Of a stretch of DNA of 63,570 nt, positions 1-8,241 are shown piece after piece (within the stretch, counting starts at the first letter, position 1; every line of letters starts with the position of its first letter). The notes beneath the pieces were generated by a model that saw only the letters and a list, made by a program, of their open reading frames with translations, had not been told where the DNA came from and did not search any database. This DNA is from Patescibacteria group bacterium AH-259-L05 (GTDB lineage Bacteria > Patescibacteriota > Patescibacteriia > UBA2591 > UBA6264): the NCBI GenBank assembly GCA_027717985.1, contig JALLOO010000003.1, positions 1 to 63,570 of the forward strand, written 5' to 3'. The translations under genes and the position numbers were made by a program.

Positions 1-218
1 TTCCCTTTTTTTTGTAGTTCGTATTTGAATTTGCCAAAATCTAAAATTTTTGCGACTGGAGGGTCAGCTTTCGGACTAATTTCAACAAGATCAAGCTCTT
101 TTTCACGAGCTATCTCTAACGCCTTATCAGTTTGAGTAGTGCCTATATGATTGTTTTTTTCATCAATAAGGCGTACCTTTGCGGCTCTTATTTTATTGTT
201 GATGCGATAGTATTTCAA
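1..218 (-). CDS. infC: translation initiation factor IF-3, N-terminal part (continues past window start)
   Basis: The minus-strand frame is open to the window edge. Hand translation from TTG (216-218) gives (M)KYYRINNKIRAAKVRLIDEKNNHIGTTQTDKALEIAREKELDLVEISPKADPPVAKILDFGKFKYELQKK, the IF-3 N-domain pattern. There is no in-frame ATG, and an in-frame TAA lies at 234-236. The start must therefore be TTG (or ATA/ATC at 228-233), consistent with the non-canonical starts known for infC. Confidence 0.8.
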   Translation of the reverse strand, partial: MKYYRINNKIRAAKVRLIDEKNNHIGTTQTDKALEIAREKELDLVEISPKADPPVAKILDFGKFKYELQKKG

Positions 219-254
219 TTTGTGATGTATGATTTATGATTTAAGATTTGGATG

Positions 255-599
255 TGGTGGAGGTGAGGGCATCGAAGCCCTGTCCAGAAAATAGAAATAA
301 AAGCGTCTACCCTTGTAGTCTCATTAGTTTTTTAGGCTTTAGAATTAAAATGAGACAAAATTTCTAAAGCTATGTCCTGAATTTGATTTTGATAATTTGG
401 ACCAGGAAATCCAGATTATCTATCCTGCGAAAATAACATCAATATTCCTTAGCAGGAGTCAAAAATATTGATGGCTGTTGCTTTATGCTACAGCGTATGC
501 CAGATTTTTGTTGGCAATTATAGGTTTGAGTTGTTTTATGTCGATCTCACGACAAAGAGCAACTTTTATTTCAGGTTTCTGTCGAAACCTGTCACCCCC
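255..599 (-). ncRNA. ssrA: tmRNA (SsrA)
   Basis: On the minus strand the 5' end reads GGGGGTGACAGGTTTCGACAG and the 3' end reads GGACAGGGCTTCGATGCCCTCACCTCCACCA. The acceptor stem GGGGGTG/CACCTCC contains the G3:U pair, a T-arm-like hairpin is present, and CCA is encoded. The internal tag frame GCC AAC AAA AAT CTG GCA TAC GCT GTA GCA TAA gives ANKNLAYAVA* (483-515). Confidence 0.9.
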
Positions 600-639
600 T
601 ATTTTAAGTTTATCATTTTTGGGCTAAAAGTCAAGGAAG

Positions 640-2730
640 CTATTTTGTTTCGTCTTCAGTAATTTGTTCTTGAATATTTTTAGGAACTTGAGCATAGTGG
701 GAAAATTCCATGGTTGAGCTTCCTCGTCCCTCAGTCATGGAACGGAGCGAGGTAGTATAACCAAACATTTCTGCTAAGGGCACGGTGGCGTCAATAAGTT
801 TTACTTGCCCTCTGCTTTTAGTTTGTTTGATCCGTGCTCTTCGAGCATTTAAATCACCAACCACGTCGCCTAAGAATTTTTCTGGGGCGACAACCTCTAT
901 TTTCATTATAGGTTCGAGTAAAACTGGATTGGCGTTTTTTGTGCCTTCACGAATAGCGCGGGCAGCCGCAATTTTAAATGCAGCTTCTGATGAATCAACT
1001 TCGTGAAATGTTCCATCATATACAGCCACCAACATATCAATAAGCGGGTACCCAGCTAAAACGCCGTTACTCATTGCTTCAACCACTCCTTTTTTAATTG
1101 CAGGGATAAATTCTCTTGGAATGACTCCTCCTTTAATTTCATTAACAAATTCAAATCCTTTCCCGTGCTCTTGTGGTTCTAAACGTAGCCAGCAGTGTCC
1201 ATATTGACCGCGGCCGCCTGATTGGTGAATATATTTTCCTTCAATTTCAGCAATCTTCGTAATGGTTTCTTTATATGCTACCTGTGGTTTGCCTACGCTT
1301 GCCTCAACCTTAAATTCTCGCTTTAATCTATCAACAATAATTTCTAAATGAAGTTCGCCCATCCCAGAGATAATAGTTTGTCCTGTTTCCTCGTCTGTTT
1401 TGACCTTAAAGGTCGGGTCTTCCTCAGTTAATTTAGAAATTGCAAGACCCATTTTTTCCTGGTCAGCTTTTGTTTTTGGTTCAATAGCCACCGATATCAC
1501 GGGTTCAGGAAAGGTGATTGATTCCAATATAATGGGGTGATGAGGGTCGCATAAGGTATCACCTGTCGTAGTATTTTTTATTCCCACAATAGCAGCAATA
1601 TCACCAGCAGAAATACTCTTGACTTCTTCACGCTTGTTTGCATGCATTCTCACAATTCGTCCCACGCGTTCTTTATTATTGGTAGTGACATTAAGTATAT
1701 ATGAGCCAGCAGATAAGGTTCCTGAATAAACCCGAAAGTAGCAAAGCCTGCCTACATATGGATCAGTAGCAACCTTAAAGGCTAATGCGGCAAATGGTTC
1801 ATCAGGGTCTGGTTTGCGCACCTCTTTTTTATCGTCGCCAAGGAGAAATCCTTCAACTGGTGGGACATCGAGAGGAGAGGGCAGATAGGCACAAATCGCA
1901 TCTAAGAGCAGTTGTACCCCTTTATTTTTTAGTGCAGAACCACATAAAACAGGAATAATTTTCCCTTCAATGGTTGCGTTGCGTAAAACACGCTTAAGTT
2001 CATTAACGTCCAGTTCTTTGTCTTCAAGGTATTGAGTCATAAGCGTGTCGTCATGAGAAACAATTGCTTCAATTAATTTGCTTCGATATTCTTCAACTTT
2101 TTGTTCTAATTCTTGGGGAATATCTTGTTCATCAATGTCATCCCCCATATCATCCAAATACACGTTAGCTTTGCGATGTAATAAATCAATAATACCTTTA
2201 AAATTTGCTTCTTCGCCAATGGGGAGCTGGATCGGATATGCATGTTTGGTAAGACGTTCATGAATAGAGTCAAGGTCAGCATAAAAGTCAGCACCAGTGC
2301 GATCTAATTTGTTAACAAATGCAAGTAATGGTACATTAAATTTTTCAGCTTGGTGCCATACGGTTTCAGATTGCGGTTCAACCCCAGCCACGCCGTCAAA
2401 TACTACCACCCCACCATCTAAAACACGTAAGGAGCGCTGTACTTCAGCAGTAAAGTCAATATGCCCAGGGGTATCAATAATATTTATTTTGATTTTTTCC
2501 GTCTCAGGAGGTTTCCAAAAGACCGTGGTTGCGGCAGCGGTAATAGTAACCCCACGCTCGCGCTCTTGTTCCATCCAGTCCATTTCTGCCTGGCCCTCAT
2601 GAACTTCACCCACTTTATGTTTTTTCCCTGTGTAATATAAAATACGCTCGGTAACCGTTGTTTTACCAGCGTCAATATGGGCAATAATTCCGATATTTCT
2701 GGTTTGCTTTAGTGAGAACTCTTCAGGCAT
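640..2730 (-). CDS. fusA: elongation factor G
   Basis: 696 aa ORF with the GTPase motif [17 protein letters not shown] and NKLD, and EF-G domain order throughout. It follows rpsL-rpsG. Confidence 0.97.
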   Translation of the reverse strand: MPEEFSLKQTRNIGIIAHIDAGKTTVTERILYYTGKKHKVGEVHEGQAEMDWMEQERERGVTITAAATTVFWKPPETEKIKINIIDTPGHIDFTAEVQRSLRVLDGGVVVFDGVAGVEPQSETVWHQAEKFNVPLLAFVNKLDRTGADFYADLDSIHERLTKHAYPIQLPIGEEANFKGIIDLLHRKANVYLDDMGDDIDEQDIPQELEQKVEEYRSKLIEAIVSHDDTLMTQYLEDKELDVNELKRVLRNATIEGKIIPVLCGSALKNKGVQLLLDAICAYLPSPLDVPPVEGFLLGDDKKEVRKPDPDEPFAALAFKVATDPYVGRLCYFRVYSGTLSAGSYILNVTTNNKERVGRIVRMHANKREEVKSISAGDIAAIVGIKNTTTGDTLCDPHHPIILESITFPEPVISVAIEPKTKADQEKMGLAISKLTEEDPTFKVKTDEETGQTIISGMGELHLEIIVDRLKREFKVEASVGKPQVAYKETITKIAEIEGKYIHQSGGRGQYGHCWLRLEPQEHGKGFEFVNEIKGGVIPREFIPAIKKGVVEAMSNGVLAGYPLIDMLVAVYDGTFHEVDSSEAAFKIAAARAIREGTKNANPVLLEPIMKIEVVAPEKFLGDVVGDLNARRARIKQTKSRGQVKLIDATVPLAEMFGYTTSLRSMTEGRGSSTMEFSHYAQVPKNIQEQITEDETK

Positions 2731-2736
2731 ACATGT

Positions 2737-3207
2737 CTAGTATCTGGCAAAATGAGCAAATGCTTTATTTGCTTCTGCCATACGGTGAACGTCTTGTTTT
2801 TTCTTAATAGCGTCACCTTCGCCAAGGGAGGCGTTGATAAGTTCTTGCGCAAGTTTTTCCGACATCGCTTTCCCCTTTTTAGATTTTGCTGCATTAATAA
2901 TCCAGCGAGAGGCCAAAATAAAACGACGGTTTTCATTTGTTCGCATGGGAATTTGATAATTTGCGCCGCCAATACGCCGAGACCGTACTTCAAGTGATGG
3001 CGAAACATTTTCAATAGCTTTACGAAATACCGTAAGGGGATCTTTTTTTGTTTTTTTGTGTATAAGGTCAAAACTTGTATAGACGATATTTGCAGCAAGA
3101 CTTTTTTTACCCTTTCGCATAATATAGTTAATAAATTTAGCCACCTCAACTAAGCCATATTGAGGATCAGGGGTAATTTTTCGTTTTGGTATTTGTTTAC
3201 CTCGCAT
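2737..3207 (-). CDS. rpsG: 30S ribosomal protein S7
   Basis: 156 aa ORF (MRGKQIPKRKITPDPQY...NKAFAHFARY) with the typical S7 sequence and str-operon position. Confidence 0.97.
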   Translation of the reverse strand: MRGKQIPKRKITPDPQYGLVEVAKFINYIMRKGKKSLAANIVYTSFDLIHKKTKKDPLTVFRKAIENVSPSLEVRSRRIGGANYQIPMRTNENRRFILASRWIINAAKSKKGKAMSEKLAQELINASLGEGDAIKKKQDVHRMAEANKAFAHFARY

Positions 3208-3271
3208 AGATTTAATTTATGAACCTATGAACGCAAGAACTTATGAACAATTTGTTTAGTTCTTCCGTTCT

Positions 3272-3691
3272 TTAGTCCTTTGGTTTTTTAGTGCCATATA
3301 ATGATCGGCTTTGTTTTCTGCCCTCAACGCCAGAGGTATCATATACGCCGCGCACTATATGGTATTTAACACCAGGCAGATCTTTGACTCTGCCGCCGCG
3401 CAAGAGTACGACTGAGTGCTCTTGTAAGTTATGGCCAACACCAGGAATATATGCGGTTACTTCCATGCCATTTGAGAGTCGTACCCGTGCGATTTTACGC
3501 AGAGCCGAGTTCGGCTTTTTAGGTGTTTGTGTGGTTACTTTTAAACACACCCCTCGGAGATAGGGGCGTCCTTTTGGAATTTTTTTCCGTTTTCGTTTTA
3601 AAATATTAAAATTAGTCTGCAGTGCAGGTGCTTTTGATTTTTTCTTAGATTTTTTTCGCCCTTTTCGGACAAGCTGGTTTGTCGTAGGCAT
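3272..3691 (-). CDS. rpsL: 30S ribosomal protein S12
   Basis: 139 aa [15 protein letters not shown]...[10 protein letters not shown]...VRGG.VKDLPGV.YH.VRG pattern. Confidence 0.97.
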   Translation of the reverse strand: MPTTNQLVRKGRKKSKKKSKAPALQTNFNILKRKRKKIPKGRPYLRGVCLKVTTQTPKKPNSALRKIARVRLSNGMEVTAYIPGVGHNLQEHSVVLLRGGRVKDLPGVKYHIVRGVYDTSGVEGRKQSRSLYGTKKPKD

Positions 3692-3754
3692 ATTTTAGCT
3701 TTAGATTTAAAATAGTGATTTCGTAGGTTGTATTTTAACGTAAATAAAAAAGAT

Positions 3755-3821
3755 GTCAATCTCTTATCTTGTCATTGTCATTATCTTGTCATCCCGCGCT
3801 AAACTTTGTTGAGTGCGGGAT
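3755..3821. repeat. TTGTCAT[T/C]CC palindromic repeat cluster (copy A)
   Basis: CTTGTCATTGTCATTATCTTGTCATCCCGCGCT-(loop)-AGTGCGGGAT. The hairpin ATCCCGCGCT/AGTGCGGGAT lies directly 3' of the M50 peptidase stop. Confidence 0.8.
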
Positions 3822-4429
3822 TAAAAGGCAAAGGGTCGGCCAACAATAAGGTAATAAACACCAAAAATAATAGGAAAGATGATTTGAAACGCGAAGAAAA
3901 TAAAGAATAATAAGAGTAAAAAGCCATACCGTTCTAGCAGTAGTTGATAGTGCTTGAATCTGCCGGGTAAAAGCGCAAACAAAACTTTTGAGCCGTCTAA
4001 AGGGGGGATTGGGATAAGATTAAACACCGCAAGCAATACATTAGCATAGACAATGATACTTAAGAAAAAGGTAAATGAACTGGGTGGTAAAAATCGAACC
4101 ATTAAGCCAAAAACAAGGGCAGCAGATAAGTTGGCTAAGGGACCGGCAAGGCCAACAAGACTAGGCCCCCATCTTTTATTTTTGAGATTATGCGGATTAA
4201 ACGGGACTGGTTTTGCATAGGCGAACAAAAATCTACCGCCTGAGAGCACAAATAAAAATAACGGCATTAAAATAGTGCCAAACATATCAATATGTGCTAA
4301 CGGGTTTAAGGTAAGCCGCCCTTGATGACGGGCAGTAGGATCGCCTAATTGATCTGCAACCCAAGCATGCGCATATTCATGAATAATAGCTGAGGGAATT
4401 ATAATAAAAAAGAAAAATAGTAAACTCAT
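3821..4429 (-). CDS. site-2 protease / peptidase M50 family membrane metalloprotease
   Basis: HEYAHAW (HExxH) motif and a multi-pass hydrophobic protein. I trimmed the tracked ORF (3821..4606) to the ATG at 4427-4429 ([21 protein letters not shown]), because the longer N-terminus overlaps the rpmB promoter and gene. Confidence 0.7.
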   Translation of the reverse strand: MSLLFFFFIIIPSAIIHEYAHAWVADQLGDPTARHQGRLTLNPLAHIDMFGTILMPLFLFVLSGGRFLFAYAKPVPFNPHNLKNKRWGPSLVGLAGPLANLSAALVFGLMVRFLPPSSFTFFLSIIVYANVLLAVFNLIPIPPLDGSKVLFALLPGRFKHYQLLLERYGFLLLLFFIFFAFQIIFPIIFGVYYLIVGRPFAF

Positions 4430-4460
4430 AGTGGGTAATATAATAGCATAGATAAAACGC

Positions 4461-4489
4461 TTGTCAAAACAAATTTTCCGTGTTACAAT
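4461..4489 (+). promoter_or_regulatory. sigma70-like promoter for rpmB
   Basis: TTGTCA (4461-4466), 17 nt spacer, TACAAT (4484-4489), about 30 nt upstream of the rpmB ATG. Confidence 0.6.
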
Positions 4490-4519
4490 GCTATCTGTTA
4501 ATATATTAAATAGAATTTT

Positions 4520-4699
4520 ATGGCTCGAAAGTGTACTATTTGTGGAAGGGGTCCAACAAGTGCTGTTTCTCGATCTCATTCTAATGTGGCGACAAAAAGG
4601 CGTCAATATATTAATTTACAAACAAAGAAAATATCTGGCAAAAGGGTAAAATTGTGCACGCGGTGTTTAAAGACCTTAAAGAAGAATTCTAAAATTTAG
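4520..4699 (+). CDS. rpmB: 50S ribosomal protein L28
   Basis: Not in the ORF track because it is 59 aa. Hand translation gives MARKCTICGRGPTSAVSRSHSNVATKRRQYINLQTKKISGKRVKLCTRCLKTLKKNSKI*, the canonical L28 pattern (SHSN..TKR). Confidence 0.9.
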   Translation: MARKCTICGRGPTSAVSRSHSNVATKRRQYINLQTKKISGKRVKLCTRCLKTLKKNSKI

Positions 4700-4704
4700 G
4701 ATTT

Positions 4705-4775
4705 CGGGCTGTAGTATAATGGTAGTACGTGTCCTCGGGGAGGATATAGCCCGAGTTCGATTCTCGGCAGCCCGA
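4705..4775 (+). tRNA. tRNA-Pro (anticodon read as GGG)
   Basis: Hand-folded cloverleaf: acceptor CGGGCTG/CAGCCCG, D-stem GTAT/GTAC, anticodon stem TGTCC/GGATA with loop TCGGGGA, T-arm CCGAG-TTCGATT-CTCGG, discriminator A. No CCA is encoded. Confidence 0.8.
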
Positions 4776-4781
4776 TAGGGT

Positions 4782-5252
4782 ATGAAATTTTTGTCTTTAA
4801 AAAAAATTGTTTTTATTATTGTTATTGGACTCCTTATTGTGGGAGGCCGGTTATTATTGAAAAATCATATAGCAGATCCTGCAAAAGATGAATTTTCTGA
4901 CAGGGTAAAAATCAACAATGTAGTGGTTAATGTTGAGTTGGCTCAAACACTTAAAGAAAAAGCGCAGGGACTTTCAGGAAGGGATCTTTTAGATGAAAAT
5001 CAGGGGATGCTGTTTGTCTATGATGTACAGGATTTGTATTCGTTTTGGATGGAAGATATGAAATTCCCCTTGGATATTATCTGGATTGATAAGGGTTATA
5101 CCATTATTGACCTGCACACAAATGTTTTGCCCGATTCATTTCCTCAAACGTTTCAGCCAAAAAATCCAGCGCAATACGTGTTAGAAGTTAACGCTGGATT
5201 TTGCGAGAAACATAATATTACTATTGGCGATACTGTTTCAGTGCTCTTTTGA
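4782..5252 (+). CDS. DUF192 family protein, N-terminal membrane anchor
   Basis: GLSGR...GMLFVY...FWMEDMKFPLDIIWID...YVLEVNAGF pattern, characteristic of DUF192. Confidence 0.7.
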   Translation: MKFLSLKKIVFIIVIGLLIVGGRLLLKNHIADPAKDEFSDRVKINNVVVNVELAQTLKEKAQGLSGRDLLDENQGMLFVYDVQDLYSFWMEDMKFPLDIIWIDKGYTIIDLHTNVLPDSFPQTFQPKNPAQYVLEVNAGFCEKHNITIGDTVSVLF

Positions 5253-5679
5253 TTTTTCTATCCGCGTCACGCTTTTTAATTGTTTCTCGCTTATCATATT
5301 TTTTCTTTCCACGTGCTAAGCCGATCTCTATTTTAATAAGCCCTTTTTTAGTATATACTTTTAAGGGAATAAGCGTTGTCCGTTCTGTTTTTATTTTACC
5401 TATCAAAGAATTAATTTCTTTTTTATGCAGCAATAGTTTTCGAGAGCGAATTGGATCATAATTTTGTTGTGCTGATGCAGCGGGCGGATACGACGCAATC
5501 GTGGTGTTATGTATCCACGGAGTGCCGCTTTTATCAATGGCTACATAGCTTCCGGAAAGATTAATATTACCTGACTTTACTGATTTTACCTCAGGCCCAG
5601 ATAAAACAATACCAGTTTCTATGGTTTGTATGATTTCATAATCATGATAGGCGCGTTTATTTGTGGTGATAGTGGGCAT
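5221..5679 (-). CDS. smpB: SsrA-binding protein SmpB
   Basis: NKRAYHDYEI...GIVLSGPEVKS...RKLLLHKKEI...LIPLKVY...KIEIGLARGKKKYDKR pattern. Start moved to the ATG at 5677-5679. Confidence 0.93.
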   Translation of the reverse strand: MPTITTNKRAYHDYEIIQTIETGIVLSGPEVKSVKSGNINLSGSYVAIDKSGTPWIHNTTIASYPPAASAQQNYDPIRSRKLLLHKKEINSLIGKIKTERTTLIPLKVYTKKGLIKIEIGLARGKKKYDKRETIKKRDADRKIKRALKQYRQ

Positions 5680-5885
5680 AGTATAAGTATAGCATATTGA
5701 TGCCATTTTTAAAATCTGTTAAAATTTAGCAATAAGAATATTAAACCTTTTAAATTTCAAGGTTCTGCGAATCTCTTCACCCAGCGAACTGGGTGAGAGA
5801 TGAGCAGGTTCTTATAATTTTGATTATTGGTGTTTGCAAAGATTATTATATAGTATATAATAAAATTAACTAAATAATTAATATA

Positions 5886-6341
5886 ATGTATCCTATGTCG
5901 GAAACAAATGAGACGCCTGGAAGAACATCACAAAGCCCTGCTTCAGGAGGGAGAAAAGGACGTGTTCTATTAGTACTTGGTATTGTTATATTACTGATTG
6001 TGGTTGTGGTTCTTGTATTTACGGTTTTCTTCCTTCCCTCAGCTAAAGGAGCGTGGTATGCAGTATTTTTGACCAATGGACGTACGTATTTTGGTCATAT
6101 TGTAAAACAGAATTCAGAAGAGGTGCTCTTGCGTGATGTATACTATATTCAGGTTCAGCAATTAGAGCCAACAGAGGAAGAAGAACAGCCGCAGCCTCAA
6201 CTCTCATTAGTAAGCATTACTGATGAGCTGCACGCACCAGAGAGCGAGATGCGGATCAATCGAGAACATGTTCTGTTTATTGAAAAACTCCAGGGTTCTT
6301 CTCAGGTCGTAGCTACGTTAGAGCAGCAGTTAGCCCAATAG
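5886..6341 (+). CDS. hypothetical membrane-anchored protein
   Basis: 151 aa with one N-terminal TM segment (VLLVLGIVILLIVVVVLVFTVFFL) and an acidic E/Q/P linker. I recognise no family. Confidence 0.5.
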   Translation: MYPMSETNETPGRTSQSPASGGRKGRVLLVLGIVILLIVVVVLVFTVFFLPSAKGAWYAVFLTNGRTYFGHIVKQNSEEVLLRDVYYIQVQQLEPTEEEEQPQPQLSLVSITDELHAPESEMRINREHVLFIEKLQGSSQVVATLEQQLAQ

Positions 6342-6373
6342 AGAATATCGTTCGCGAGCGTTAGCGAGCGACT

Positions 6374-8236
6374 ATGTTCAATTATCATATGAGAGGTGAC
6401 AGGCCGAACAATAGAGCGGCAAGCTTTTTGGTTGTCCTTTTTGTTTTATTATTTATAATTGTTATTGTTGGCATCGTTGGGTTTTTTTATTTATCTTCGC
6501 CTGAAGAAGTAAAGAATAAAGAGGGCGTAACGTTTTGGTTGTACCGTCACCCCACACAGATCACTGGTGATGAAAACACTTTTTTTATTTTTATTAAAAA
6601 TCAAGAGGTGCGTGACATTATGAATGCACAGATAGTGGTGAATTTTCCTGATGGATTTGTTTTAAGCGAAAGTAGACCGCAATGCAACAAAATATTAGCT
6701 AACAGCTGTCAATGGCAGTTTGAACAAATTAAAAAAGGGACATTGCAAGAAATTGAGATTGTTGGGCGGCTATATGGCACGGCAGATCAAATGCAGTTTT
6801 TTACCGGCTCATTACATTTTCAATTGCAAGGATTTACGTCTGAGTTTGAAAAGAATTTTTCTTCTTCGGTTATGATTAATCCTGCGCTTCATCTGAGCTG
6901 GGATATAGATACCAAAGGATCGTTATTTGATCCATTTACTTCTACGCTTACGCTTGAGAATATTACTTCAGAATACGTTGATAAGGCGCGCGTGATACTT
7001 CAATGGCCGTATGATTTTGATCTACGCAGTGCAACTTCTCAGACTGAAAAAGATATTGAGATAGATAAAAATGCGCGCATTCTGGCCTGGGACATTACTG
7101 ATTTAGATTTTTATGATAAAAAAGAGCTGATCATACGAGGAGAGTTTATTGGCGCTGGCAGTGAGGCACTTGAGTTTAGTGCCCAGGCTGGAATGATAAA
7201 AGGCGATGATTTTTTTATTCAAGTTGACAAAATAAAAAAGGTTGAGCTTGAACGGTTTGATTTTGTTCCAGAATTAAAAATTAATAACGTTGATAAGTCT
7301 TTACAAATATATTCATGGGGCGATACACTGCCGGTTCAAATAGGTTATGTAAATAATACGAACGAAGAGATTAAAAACGCGACCCTTCTCCTCGAGATAA
7401 GTGCAAATAAATATATTGACACAAATCGTTTGTATACCTTGGCGTGGTCATATTATAGCGGTCTGTTTATTCAACCATCAAACTCCCCCTATCTTACCGG
7501 CCCTTTGTCCAGCTCTGTTATGAGTACGGGCTGGGATAAGACATTGATTCCTGCATTATCACAAATCCCTATAGGGGGGAGGGGCGTTATTATGTTTGAT
7601 CTGCCCCTAAAGCAATCTCTTGATGCATTAAAAAATAAATACTCTCAAGCAGAATTAAGCATTCGCATTATTGCTACCGGCACCTTTAATCAAAGTTTAA
7701 AGCAATGGAAGGTGCGGAGCAATGAGATTACTATAAAGATCAATACCCATATAGCGTTTGAAGTTGGGACGCGCTATTATGATGATGAGGGAGTAAAAAT
7801 TGGCACAGGACCCTTGCCGCCGGAAGCGCACCAAGAGACCACGTACTGGATTTTTATAAATATCAAAAATACAACCAACAGTATTGAAAATGTATCTGTG
7901 GTTACACGTAAGCCTAAGGATGTACTATGGAAAAATCAGACATATACAACCCATGGTCTGCTTTTATATAATGAAGACACACGCGAGATTAGTTGGCAGA
8001 TTGATGAATTACCGCTTTATGTGGGCGGACCGTATTCATTGGTTGAGGCGCGCGTTGAGGTGGGCGTGGTTCCAACCGCAGATTCTGTTGGTTTATTTTT
8101 GCCATTGACCAAAGAAATTATCTTTCGCGCAAACGATAGATTTACCCAAGATACCATTTCTTCAATTCATCAATTTGTAAGCACTGATTTGAATCAAGTT
8201 CTACAAAAGGATAGTACGAGACAGGAACAAGAGTAA
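6374..8236 (+). CDS. hypothetical large membrane-anchored protein with repeated beta-rich (Ig/CARDB-like?) modules
   Basis: 620 aa with an N-terminal TM segment followed by several roughly 100-aa segments of similar composition. The function is unknown and the fold assignment is a guess. Confidence 0.5.
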   Translation: MFNYHMRGDRPNNRAASFLVVLFVLLFIIVIVGIVGFFYLSSPEEVKNKEGVTFWLYRHPTQITGDENTFFIFIKNQEVRDIMNAQIVVNFPDGFVLSESRPQCNKILANSCQWQFEQIKKGTLQEIEIVGRLYGTADQMQFFTGSLHFQLQGFTSEFEKNFSSSVMINPALHLSWDIDTKGSLFDPFTSTLTLENITSEYVDKARVILQWPYDFDLRSATSQTEKDIEIDKNARILAWDITDLDFYDKKELIIRGEFIGAGSEALEFSAQAGMIKGDDFFIQVDKIKKVELERFDFVPELKINNVDKSLQIYSWGDTLPVQIGYVNNTNEEIKNATLLLEISANKYIDTNRLYTLAWSYYSGLFIQPSNSPYLTGPLSSSVMSTGWDKTLIPALSQIPIGGRGVIMFDLPLKQSLDALKNKYSQAELSIRIIATGTFNQSLKQWKVRSNEITIKINTHIAFEVGTRYYDDEGVKIGTGPLPPEAHQETTYWIFINIKNTTNSIENVSVVTRKPKDVLWKNQTYTTHGLLLYNEDTREISWQIDELPLYVGGPYSLVEARVEVGVVPTADSVGLFLPLTKEIIFRANDRFTQDTISSIHQFVSTDLNQVLQKDSTRQEQE

Positions 8237-8241
8237 TATTT

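Noticed and set aside
468-662. 64-aa plus-strand ORF
   Set aside because: It lies antisense across the tmRNA gene and the fusA stop, with no RBS and an odd composition. The tmRNA fully explains this DNA.
640-2730. Expectation of tuf downstream of fusA
   Set aside because: No EF-Tu-like ORF follows; tmRNA and infC do. tuf must be elsewhere, so this is not an annotation gap in the window.
2709-3149. 146-aa minus-strand ORF overlapping rpsG in another frame
   Set aside because: It is an alternative frame of a highly conserved ribosomal protein gene, and S7 accounts for the region.
5772-5800. Stable hairpin TCTCTTCACCCAG-CGAA-CTGGGTGAGAGA in the smpB / hypothetical-gene divergent spacer
   Set aside because: It is a real 12-bp stem with one bulge, but it is a single copy with no U-run and no recognisable family. 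It sits upstream of both flanking genes, so it is not a terminator. There is not enough evidence to call a function.
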